From the NCBI RefSeq assembly GCF_963921235.1, contig NC_086097.1, forward strand, positions 32,676,001-32,740,000: a DNA stretch of 64,000 nt, in the 5' to 3' direction. Below, one piece after another: positions 13,039 to 24,344 of this stretch; the stretch's first letter is position 1; every line of letters starts with the position of its first letter. The translations under genes and the position numbers were made by a program. The DNA is from Mobula hypostoma. Its lineage: Eukaryota. Under the pieces are notes generated by a model. It made no database searches and was not told where the DNA came from. It saw only the letters and a program-made list of their open reading frames with translations.

Positions 13039-13075
13039 TCCCATTTGTCCACATTTGGACCACGTCCCTCCAAGC

Positions 13076-13156
13076 CAAGGGTTCCCAACCTGGGGTCCAC
13101 AGACCCCTTGCTTAATGGCACTGGTCCATGGCATAACAAACGTTGGGAACCCCCCG
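13076..13156. mobile_element. 81-bp hAT-like MITE, copy 2
   Basis: caagggttcccaacc...cgttgggaaccccccg; 8-bp TSD ctccaagc/ctctaaac (6/8). Confidence 0.8.
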
Positions 13157-16019
13157 CTCTAAACCTTTCCTGTCCATGTAAATGTTTCAATGCTGATATT
13201 GTAGCTGCTCCAACCATTGACAACTCATTCCACATATATACCACTCTTGTGCAAAAAGAAGTTGCCCTTTAAGTTTCTGCTAAATCCTTCCCCTCTCTGC
13301 TTGATCCCCCAACCCTGGGAAAAGACCAAAAAGTAAAAAACAATAATCTAAGACCTTAATGATTTCATACACTCTGTAAGGTCACCTCTCCATCTCCTAC
13401 ACTCCAAGGAATAAAGTCCTAGCTTGTCCAGCCTCTCAGTCAATCAATTACTGGTAGCATCCTTGTAAACTCCAACAGAACCTTCCAACCCACCACTTTT
13501 TCCACCCACCACTTTTTCCACCCAGAAGGGCAAAAGTACACCATCACCCGCAGGATACCCCTCCCAGGTCACGGAGTAATCCCACCCCACTCCTGACCTG
13601 CCTGACTCCTAACGATGGTGAGGTTTTGTCCATTGGGGATGCTGTTAGGAGTAAACCTGTGGACTGGATGAACTTTATAGATACTAATGACCTGCACGAG
13701 GAGGGCCATTATTTGTGTAAAGTTATGAAAAAATAGTTGTGAATATACTACCAGAACTATTCCAACCAACAGAAAGGATATTAAGGAGCAAACTTGAAAG
13801 GAAATTGTAGGTTTGGGCGAAACAGTTCAATAGGCTCCAGACTGTTAACACAAATAAAATCGAAGCTCACTGCATGAAGTTCAGAGAGGAAGTGAGAAAG
13901 GTTATAAGAGAAGTGAAGAGACAGCAGAGACCTGCAACAGGAATCCAAAAATATTTAATAAATGGGAACAGGAAGGAACTGTAAGAGTAGAAGTGGGGAT
14001 GAGCAGACCATAAGGGAATATTACTCACAGAGGCAAAAGACAAGGCTGCAATAATGAGTAATTTACATCTGTATTCACTGAGAAGAGTGATGCTGCTGGA
14101 GGCTCAGTAAAGCAAATTGTGGCTGGGTTTTAGATGGGTTAAAAATTCATCAATAGTTGATTCCAGAAAGCCTAGCTGCACTTGCAGTGAATAAATCAGC
14201 TGACCCCGATGGCATGCACCCTAAATAAATGAGGGAATAAAGGGAGAAAATTGACAGAAATCCAGGGTGGTCCATACATTCATGCTACTGGAAGACTGAA
14301 AACTGCAAACTGCAAAAATTGCAAATATATGGAAGACAAACAAATAACCCAGCCAACAGCAAGACATGTTAGGGACAAAAGCAGCAATATGTGCATGGAG
14401 CCAGAAGGTATTGGCCAAGGTTCTAAATGAATACTTTTTGTTGGTATCCACAAAGGAAACATTCTTTGTTGTTGGAGAACTCAGGGGAGGCAAAGATGAA
14501 ATTCAAGTGCAAGTTTTTATAAATAGAAACTGTACTCAATGCCATTGTAAATATATGCTGATATTTATGTATTTATACACAATTTATTCTATATTCATAC
14601 TTTAACCTCTAGCTTATTTTTATATCAATTTTTGACATTGTTCAATGTTAGCTTTGTTGAAGTTGCACCAACACACCACATCAAATTCCTAATACATGTA
14701 AATGTTTATGGCAAATAAAGTTGATCCTTGATCCTCTTTAATAGTTAGCAGGATTAAGGTGGATAAAGGTATTTATCAGTCTTCGTTTATATATAGCTTT
14801 TCATGAATTTTACTGTACTTCTTTTAATCCTCATGCAAATGCCTGCAAGAAAATGAATCTCAAGGTCATGAATGTTAACATATGTTCTTGGATAATAAAT
14901 TTTACTTTGAACTAAGTAACCCGAGACGAGACAAAGTTTCTCCCAGGCTTCATTGGGAGACATGGGAAGAGACTCCTGCAGCTACGACTGCCACAGACAG
15001 AAAGGTCAGATTGGCAGTGGGACGGAGAATTAAAGTGGCAGGAGCTTCGAAGTGCCTCTGCAGCTGAACACAGGTGATCCTAAAAATATTATCAATTTGT
15101 CTTTGGTTTCTCCTGCAGAGAGATAAGATGAGATGAGATCAGCTTTATTTGTCACATTTACATTGAAACATTTATTGAAAAATGGCTTTTGCGTCAAATC
15201 AAATCAGTAAGGATTGTGCTGGCCAGTCCACAAGTGTCACCATGCTTCTAGCGCCAACGTAGCATGCCCACAACTTACTAACCCTAACCTGTATGTCTTT
15301 GGAATGTGGGAGGGAACTGGAGCACCCGGAGAGTGGTGACACGGAGAAGGTACAAACTCCTTACAGTCAGCAGCAGGAATTGAACCCCAATTTTCAGCTG
15401 ACACTAATCACTATGCTACCATGCCACCCACATCGCAAACACCAAAACCAGTTGGATGTAGTACAGGTGAATCACCGCTTCTCTTAGGACTGCTAGGGTC
15501 CCTGCATGGCGAGAAAAGAGGTGCAAGGCCAAGAATGGCATTTTCTGTGCTGAATAGTTGCTTTGCTAGTGAATAGTGTCAGTGCCAGACCATTGTTTTT
15601 CTTAGTAATTAATTTTAAAACTTTTAGATAACACAATACTTGGGGTGGGTGGGGGGTGCAATAAACTGTGAGGAAGATGATAATCTTTAGAGGGTTGTGA
15701 ACAGAATGGCCTTTTTCCACACTGCAACCATTCTGTGATTCTGAGTATGGAAACCTGAAAAGTTATCTCATTGAGGTCAATATAATTACACACTTCCTAA
15801 CTTTAATAAAGAAAACTCATTTTTGTTTTAACAGAAATATAACCCAAAAATTAGAGTCAGGCTGTTCAGAAAGGACATTTTCACACAAAAATATGATAAG
15901 AGAATCAAAGGATATGGAGTTAATACCAGTAAGTGGCATTGAGTTAAAAGCTTGATCCTAACATTGGAACAAGCACAAGAAACCAAATGACCTCATCCCA
16001 CTTAAATTCTTGGACACAG

Positions 16020-16928
16020 AGAACTCTCTACACCCACACCAGCTTAAGTGCCATCTATAAATCTGCAGATGACACAACAATTGTTGGCAGAATTTCAAAC
16101 GGTAATGAGGAGGCATACAAGAACGAGATAGATCAGCTGATTGAGTGATGGTGCAACAACAACCTTGCACTCAATGTCAGTAAGACCAAGGAATTGATTG
16201 TGGGCTTCAGGAAGGGGAAGTCAAGGGAACGCACACCAGTCATTATCGAGGAATCTGCAGTGGAAAGGATGAGCAGTTTCAAGTTCCTGGGTATCAACAT
16301 CTCTGATGATCTATCCTGGGCCCAACATACTGATGCAATTGCAAAGAAGGCACCACAATGGCTATATTTCATTAAGAGCTTAAGGAGACCTTGTTTGTCA
16401 CCAAAGACTCAAAGTTCTACAGATATATTGTGGAAAGCATTCTAATTGGTTGCATCACTGTCTGGTATGAAGAGACCACTGCATAGAATCAGTAAAAGCT
16501 GCACAAAGTTGAAAACTCAGCCAGCACCATCATGGGTACTAGCCTCCCCAGGTTCAAGAACATCTTCAAAAGGTGATACTTCAAAAAGGCATCATCTGAA
16601 ATTAAAGACCCCCATCACCCAGGACATACCCACTTCACACTGCTGCCCTCAAAGGAGATTGTTCAGGTACCTGAAGACATACACCCAATGTTTTATGAAC
16701 AGCTTCTTCCCACTTCCGTTTGCCATCAGATTTCTGAATGGACAATGAACTGCCTGTACACTACCTTACTTTATTTTTTAAAATCTCTTCCTGTACTACT
16801 TATTATTTTTTGTATATATATTTATTATTGCAATTCATAGTATTAATTATGTATTGCAATGTACTGCTTCCACAAAACAACAAATTTCACAACATATGCC
16901 AGTGATATTAAACCTGATTCTGATTCTG
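16020..16928 (+). mobile_element. Rex1/Babar LINE 3' fragment (degenerate)
   Basis: IYKSADDTTIVG, FKFLGINISDDLSW, AIRFLN; tail attaaacctgattctgattct. Confidence 0.85.
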
Positions 16929-17814
16929 TGAAAATCAACAACTGTCAAAAAAAAAATCTGTGGATACAGGGGGGGTCAAATAATTCCCCAGACTGCGATT
17001 AATAGATTTCTGTCAGACAAAGAAAACAGATCAAGTAAGTAAATAAATTTGAAGTAGGGATTAATACAGTCTAAGGGTAGCATGGTAGCATCACGGTTAG
17101 CATAACATTTTACAGTACTAGTGATTGAAGTTGTCTACAGGGAGTTTGTACATTCTCCCCGTGACTGCATGTGTTTCCTCCTTCATTTCAAAGACGTATG
17201 GCATAGTAAAGGTTAGTAAATTGTGGGCATGAGATCAGAAGCATGGCCACACTTGTGGCTGCCCTCACCCACACATCTTGGACTGTGGTGGTCGTTGATG
17301 CAGATGATGCATTTCACTGTACTTTTCGCTGCTTCAATGTACGCATGACAAATAAATCTAATCTTTATCTTTTTAACTCAGAGAAAAAAAACAATTCAAG
17401 GGTAGCCAACTGTCCTAATAATGCCTTTGAATGGGTTCTTCAAAAATTAAACAAACTTTTTTTTGAGATATTTTGAGAAAACCTAACTACCAAGATGATT
17501 GCATAAGAACTTCAGAGACTGAATCAGCAGTAGATCATCTGGCTCCCTTGTATCTCATTTAATAAAATTGCATTTGATCCTGTTCACTTGGAAGTGTCCA
17601 AAAATTTATCAATTTCTGTTTTGAATATACTTAATGACTAAACATCCTGAAAGTAGAAACTCCTATATATACAAACTTCTTGAGAAAATTATTTTCTTTA
17701 GTCTCAGGTCTAAATGGTCTATCCCTTATCCTGAGACTATGTACCCTAATTACAGCCTCTAAAACTTGAAATAATTCTCAAAATTTACCCCATCATTTCC
17801 TTTCCCTGGCCCTG

Positions 17815-19421
17815 ACCTCACACATCATGAAGACTCAAGAGAGACTGGGCCTGGTTCACCACTGACCCCTGGTCAGATCAGCCCTTGATCCCCTGTAGTT
17901 TGCCCTCGAGAGCACATTGGAGTCAATGATGCTGTCATCTACCTGCTGAACAGAGCCTACTCCCATTTGGATAAGCAGGGCAGCATTGTGAGGATCATGT
18001 TTTTTGATTTCTCAAGTGCCTTCAGTACTATACAGCCCTCATTGCTGGGGGAGAAGCTCCGTTCAATGCAGGTTGGCACCTCTATTGTTTTCTGGATAAT
18101 GGACGACCTGACTGGCAGACCACAGTTTGTGTGGTTTCAGAGCTGTGTATCGGATATGGCTATAAGCAGCACTGAGGCCTCAAAGGAGACTGCATTGGCT
18201 CCCTTCCTGTTTACCCTGTATACCTCAAACTTTAGATACAAAGTATCTGAGTCATGACATCTGCAGAAATTCTCTGATGACTCAATAACTTAAAGGCGTC
18301 CGTTAGTCTTGCGAGACCATGGATCTGCGCCTGGAAAGTCTTCACTCTCCAGGGTGCAGGCCTGGGCAAGGTTGTATGGAAGACCAGCAGTTGCCCATGC
18401 TGCAAGTCTCCCCTCTCCACGACACCAATGTTGTCCAAGGGAAGGGCATTAGGACCCATACAGCTTGGCACCAGTGTCGTCGCAGAGCAATGTGTGATTA
18501 AGTGCCTTGCTCAAGGACACAACACGTTCCCTCAGCTGGGGCTCGAACTCATGACCTTCAGGTCGCTAGTCCAATGCCTTAACCACTTGGCCACGTGCTC
18601 ACTCAACAATAGTTGGATGTAAAAGGGGAGGACAGGAGGATGAATACATAGCCCTGGTGGAGGACTTTGTCAAATAGTGCAAGCTGAATCATTTGCAGCT
18701 CAACATCAGTATGACAAAGGAGATGCTGATGGACTTTAGGAAGACTAAGCCTACACTGTTTCCCATTACTATTGATGGTGAGGACATGGATATGGTGAGG
18801 ACCTACAACTATCTGGGGGTGCACCTGGGTGACAGGCTTGAGTGAAGCACCAACTCAAATGCTGTGTACAAGAAGGGCTAAAGTCACCTCTAATTCCTGA
18901 GGAGACTGAGATCCTTTGGAGTATGCAGACTTCTCCTTCACATGTTTTATCAGTCTTTAGTCGCCAGTACAACCTTCTATGTGGTGGTGTGTTGGGACAA
19001 TAGCATCAACAAGGGTGATGCCAACAGGTTCAATAAATTGAGTAGAAAGGTTGTCTGTTATAGTAATCAAACTGGACACATTGTAGGCTGTGGTAGAATA
19101 AAGGACCCTACGGAAAATCTTGGCAAATCTGGACAACGTTTCTCACCCTCTGCATGCCACCTTGGCTGAACAGTAGTGCTTTTAGTAATAGACTAAGACA
19201 ACTGCGCTGCTCCAAAGAGCGCTATATGAGGACATTCTTACTCTCCGCCATTAGGTTCTATAATGAGTCAACCTACAGCTGGGGAAGTGACAACTCCTTC
19301 CTGTTAGATTGTTTGCAGTAACTTATTTTTTATTCTTTCTACTCTTCTAATATTTGTATATCTGTGCACTTGTAATGTGACTGTTGCACTGTAATTTCCT
19401 TTGGGATCAATAAAGTACCTA
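17815..19421 (+). mobile_element. Rex1/Babar LINE, 5'-truncated RT (interrupted by a SINE; Tc1 inserted in its tail)
   Basis: VRIMFFDFSSAFSTIQP, LQKFSDDS; 3' tail aataaagtaccTA...TAtctatct split by the Tc1. Confidence 0.9.
18291..18600 (-). mobile_element. tRNA-derived CORE-type SINE, copy 2
   Basis: Near-identical to 1250-1563; A box TGGCCAAGTGG; TSD actcaa(t/c)aa at 18280-18288 and 18601-18609. Confidence 0.9.
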
Positions 19422-21039
19422 CAGTGGCATGCAAAAGTTTGGGCACCCCAGTCAAAATTTCTGTTACTGTGAATAGCTAAGCGAGTAAAAGATGACCTGA
19501 TTTCCAAAAACACAAAGTTAAAGATGACACATTTCTTTAATATTTTAAGATTACTTTTTTTATTTCCATCTTTTACAGTTTCAAAATAACAAAAAAGGAA
19601 AAGGGCCCGAAGCAAAAGTTTGGACACCCTACATGGTCAGTACTTAGTAACACCCCCTTTGGCAAGTATCACAGCTTGTAAACGCTTTCTGTAGCCAGCT
19701 AAGAGTCTTTCAATTCTTGCTTGGGGGATTTTCGCCCATTCTTCCTTGCAAAAAGCTTCTAGTTCTGTCAGATTCTTGGGCCGTCTTGCATGCACTGCTC
19801 TTTTGAGGTCTATCCACAGATTCTCGATGATGTTTAGGTCAGGGGACTGTGAGGGCCATGGGAAAACCTTCAGCTTGCGCCTCTTGAGGTAGTCCATTGT
19901 GGATTTTGAGGTGTGCTTAGGATCATTATCCTGTTGTAGAAGCCATTCTCTTTTCACCTTCAGCTTTTTTACAGACGGGGTGATGTTTGCTTCCAGAATT
20001 TGCTGGTGTTTAATTGAATTCATTCTTCCCTCTACCAGTGAAATGTTCCCCATGCCACTGGCTGCAACACAAGCCCAAAGCATGATCAATCCACCCTCAT
20101 GCTTAACAGTTGGAGAGGTGTTCTTTTCATGAAATTCTGCACCCTTTTTTCTCCAAACATACCTTTGCTCATTGTGGCCAAAAAGTTCTACTTTAACTTC
20201 ATCAGTCCACAGGACTTGTTTCCAAAATGCATCAGGCTTGTTTAGATGTTCCTTTGCAAACTTCTGACGCTGAATTTTGTGGTGAGGATGCAAGAAAGGT
20301 TTTCTTCCGATGACTCTTCCATGAAGGTCATATTTGTGCAGGTGTCGCTGCACAGTAGAACAATGCAGCACCACTCCAGAGTCTGCTAAATCTTCCTGAA
20401 GGTCTTTTGCAGTCAAACAGGGGTTTTGATTTGCCTTTCTAGCAATCCTACGAGCAGTTCTCTTGGAAAGTTTTCTTGGTCTTCCAGACCTCAACTTGAC
20501 CTCCACCGTTCCTGCTAACTGCCATTTCTTAATTACATTACGAACTGAGGAAATGGCTACCTGAAAATGCTTTGCTATCTTCTTATAGCCTTCTCCTGCT
20601 TTGTGGGCATCACTTATTTTAATTTTCAGAGTGCTAGACAGCTGCTTAGTGGAGCCCATGGCTGCTGATTGTTGGGACAAGGTTTGAGGAGTCTGGGTAT
20701 TTATAAAGCTTTGAAATTTGCATCACTTGGCCTTTCCTAACGATGACTGTGAACAAGCCATAGCCCTAACAAGCTAACTAAGGTCTGAGACCTTGGTAAA
20801 AGTTATCTGAGAGCTCAAATCTCTTGGGGTGCCCAAACTTTTCCATGGTGCTCCTTTCCTTTTTTTCACTCTAAAATTGTACAAAATGAAAATAATACAC
20901 TGATCTTACTTAAAATGTTGAAGAGAATGTTTCATCTCTAACTTTATGACTTTTGGAGATCAGTTCATCTTCTACTCACTTAACTATTCACAGTAACAGA
21001 AATTTTAACCAGGGGTACCCAAACTTTTGCATGCCACTG
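19422..21039 (-). mobile_element. Full-length Tc1 transposon (IR/DR type, 1618 bp)
   Basis: TA|cagtggcatgcaaaagtttggg...cccaaacttttgcatgccactg|TA; inner DRs at about 19611-19630 and 20826-20847; about 210-bp IRs. Confidence 0.97.
19637..20659 (-). CDS. Tc1 transposase, open ORF 340 aa, DD34E
   Basis: GRPRK, WTDE, QQDNDPKH, WPSQSPDLNIIE; 34 residues between second D and E; ATG at 20659; TATAAATA at 20698-20705 (minus). Confidence 0.93.
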   Translation of the reverse strand: MGSTKQLSSTLKIKISDAHKAGEGYKKIAKHFQVAISSVRNVIKKWQLAGTVEVKLRSGRPRKLSKRTARRIARKANQNPCLTAKDLQEDLADSGVVLHCSTVQRHLHKYDLHGRVIGRKPFLHPHHKIQRQKFAKEHLNKPDAFWKQVLWTDEVKVELFGHNEQRYVWRKKGAEFHEKNTSPTVKHEGGLIMLWACVAASGMGNISLVEGRMNSIKHQQILEANITPSVKKLKVKREWLLQQDNDPKHTSKSTMDYLKRRKLKVFPWPSQSPDLNIIENLWIDLKRAVHARRPKNLTELEAFCKEEWAKIPQARIERLLAGYRKRLQAVILAKGGVTKY

Positions 21040-22057
21040 TATCTATCTACATGCTTCAATGTAATCACCTCTCATTTTCCTTAACCACTGAGTATTGGCT
21101 AATGAAACCCAAAACAAGAACTGCAGTTGGTGGAATTCAGAAATAAAAGCAGGGAGTGCTGTAAAATATTCGGGATATTAGACAACATCTGTAGAATCAG
21201 AAGAAGAGGTAACATCTCAGATCAAAGGCATTTTGAGCACTTGAATTGCTAACAGTTGAAAGACCAGAAATCAAGTGCTGTTAATGGGATGGATGTAGAT
21301 ACAGTAGCTACTTAAAACTGTACAGCAAAGAAATAGACCCTCACAGACCACAATGCCAATTCTAACAAATTCCATGCTTTTGCACACTGGTTGTTTGTCA
21401 ATCTTTATTTATGCATAATTTTCCATAAATTCTATTGTATTTTTTCCTGTAAGGGCTTTCAAGAAAATGAATCTCATATATGGTGACATATACATACTTT
21501 GATAATAAATTCACTTTGACTTTAACTTTCATGTGTGTCAAAATTTCCCTAAATGTTGCTATTGTATCTGCTTCCACGACTTTATCAGGCAACCACCACT
21601 CTCTTTGCCATGCAAATCATCTCTGAACTTGTACCCTCTCACCATAAATCTAAGTCCTAAAGTATTTGACATTTCTAGCCTGGGGAAGATAAGTACTTTC
21701 TACCCTTGACAGTCAGCATGGACATAGTGAGCCAGAAGGCCAGTTTCTGTGACCCTTCTAAGATCATGGTAATCTTTCAGACTTGCCTTATGAAATGTCC
21801 AGTGTCTGTCTTCACACACTTCATGACTCCTAACACCTCAAACTTCCACCAAATTGCTAGTCTTCCACAGTGAAGACTGATGCAACTACTTATTCAGTCT
21901 GTTCACTATTTCATTGTCCCCCAGTACGACTTCTCCAGCATCATTTTCCAGTGGTCCAACAACCACTCTTGCCTCTTTTTTGCACTTTATATATTTGAAG
22001 AAACTTCTGGTATCTTCTTTAATATTATTGGCTAGCTTACTTTCATATTCCATCTTT

Positions 22058-23589
22058 ACATAGAACATAGTACAACACAGTACAGCTCCTTTGGCCCACA
22101 GTGTTGTGCCAACCCTCAAACCCTGCCTCCCATATAAGCCCCCACCTTGAATTCCTCCAGATACCTGTCTAGTAGTCTCTTAAACTTCACTAGTGTATCT
22201 GCCTCCACCACTGACTCAGGCAGTGCATTCCACGCACCAACCACTCTCTGAGTAAAAAACCTTCCTCTAATATCCCCCTTGAACTTCCCACCCCTTACCT
22301 TAAAGCCATGTCTTCTTGTATTGAGCAGTGGTGCCCTAGGGAAGAGGCGCTGGCTATCCACTCTATCTATTCCTCTTATTATCTTGTACACCTCTATCAT
22401 GTCTCCTCTCATCCTCCTTCTCTCCAAAGAGTAAAGTCCTAGCTCCCTTAATCTCTGATCATAATGCATATTCTCTAAACCAGGCAGCATCCTGGTAAAT
22501 CTCCTCTGTACCCTTTCCAATGCTTCCACATCCTTCCTACAGTGAGGCGACCAGAACTGGACACAATACTCCAAGTGTGGCCTAACCAGAGTTATATAGA
22601 GCTGCATCATTACATCGCGATTCTTAAACTCTATCCCACGACTTATGAAAAGCTAACACCCCATAAGCTTTCTTAACTACCCTATCCACCTGTGAGGCAA
22701 CTTTCAGGGATCTGTGGACATGTACCCCCTGATCCCTCTGCTCCTCCACACTACCAAGTATCCTGCCATTTACTTTGTACTCTGCCTTGGAGTTTGTCCT
22801 TCCAAAGTGTACCACCTCACACTTCTCCGGGTTGAACTCCATCTGCCACTTCTCAGCCCACTTCTGCATCCTATCAATGTCTCTCTGCAATCTTTGACAA
22901 TCCTCTACACTATCTACAACACCACCAACCTCTGTGTCGTCTGCAAACTTGCCAACCCAACCTTCTACCCCCACATCCAGGTCGTTAATAAATATCACGA
23001 AAAGTAGAGGTCCCAGAACAGTTCCTTGTGGGACACCACTAGTCACAATCCTCCAATCTGAATGTACTCCCTCCACCACCACCCTCTGCCTTCTGCAGGC
23101 AAGCCAATTCTGAATCCACCTGGCCAAACTTCCCTGGGTCCCATGCCTTCTGACTTTCTGAATAAGCCTACCATGTGGAACCTTGTGAAGTGCCTTACTA
23201 AAATCCATATAGATCACATCCACTGCACTACCCTCATCTATATGCCTGGTCACCTCCTCAAAGAACTCTATCAGGCTTGTTAGACACGATCTGCCCTTCA
23301 CAAAGCCATGCTGACTGTCTCTGATCAGACCATGATTCTCTAAATGCCCAGCGATCCTATCTCTAAGAATCTTTTCCAACAGCTTTCCCACCACAGACGT
23401 AAGGCTCACTGGTCTATAATTACCTGGACTGTCCCTACTACCTTTTTTGAACAAGGGGACAACATTCGCCTCCCTCCAATCCTCCGGTACCATTCCCGTG
23501 GACAACGAGGACATAAAGATCCTAGCCAGGGGCTCAGCAATCTCTTCCCTTGCCTCGTGGAGCAGCCTGGGGAATATTCCGTCAGGCCC
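22058..23589 (-). mobile_element. CR1 LINE, 5'-truncated, young (one frameshift), nested in an older CR1 fragment (about 21850-23830)
   Basis: ORFs 22624-23514 (FADD RT) and 22116-22610; tail ctatgttctatgt. Confidence 0.95.
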
Positions 23590-24058
23590 TTAATGACTTT
23601 TTCTTAATGACTTTTTAGTGGCCTTCTGTTGGTATTCAAAAGCTTCCAAATCCTCCAGCTTCCCATTAATTTTTACTCTATTATATGCCCTCTCTTTGGC
23701 TTTTATGTTGGCTTTGACTTCTCTTGATAGCCTAAGTTGCATCATCTTTCATTTAGAATACTTTTTCCTCTTTGGGATGTACATATCCTGTGCCTTCCAA
23801 ATTGTTCCAGCAATTCCTGCCATTGCTGCGCTGCCACAATGACAATTCAGCAGCTACTGTGGGCTTTGTCCTCACCATTTGAATGCAAGGCATGTGGACC
23901 ATTATCACAGAACCACTGACCACCTATTCTGGTAAATCATCTGAATCCACTGGCCTCCCATCAGTAATATAGCAAAAAGGCAACATAAATTCTCTGTAAC
24001 ACACATCAAAGTTGCTGGTGAACGTAGTAGGCCAGGCAGCATCTCTAGGAAGAGGTAC

Positions 24059-24094
24059 AGTCGACGTTTCAGGCCGAGACCCTTCGTCAGGACT
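24059..24094 (-). ncRNA. Minimal hammerhead ribozyme on the ATG2B sense strand
   Basis: Reverse complement reads agtcCTGACGAagggtctcggcctGAAACGTCgact. Confidence 0.8.
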
Positions 24095-24308
24095 AACTGA
24101 CTTCACCTGTGAGTCGGCTGGGGTGATATACTGCGTCCAGTGCTCCCGATGTGGCCTTCTATATATTGGCGAGACGCGACACAGACTGGGAGACCATTTT
24201 CTGAACACCTACACTCTGTCCGCCAGAGAAAGCAGGATCTCTCAGTGGCCACACATTTTAATTCCACATTCCATTCCCATTCTGACATGTCTATGTCTTC
24301 CTTCAGTT

Positions 24309-24344
24309 AGTCCTGATGAAGGGTCTCGGCCTGAAACGTCGACT
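24309..24344 (+). ncRNA. Minimal hammerhead ribozyme
   Basis: agtcCTGATGAagggtctcggcctGAAACGTCgact. Confidence 0.8.

Noticed and set aside
12734..13244. Mirror-image ORFs on both strands (DAAWPAAFTSNF type)
   Set aside because: Artefact of the Penelope pLTR inverted repeat.
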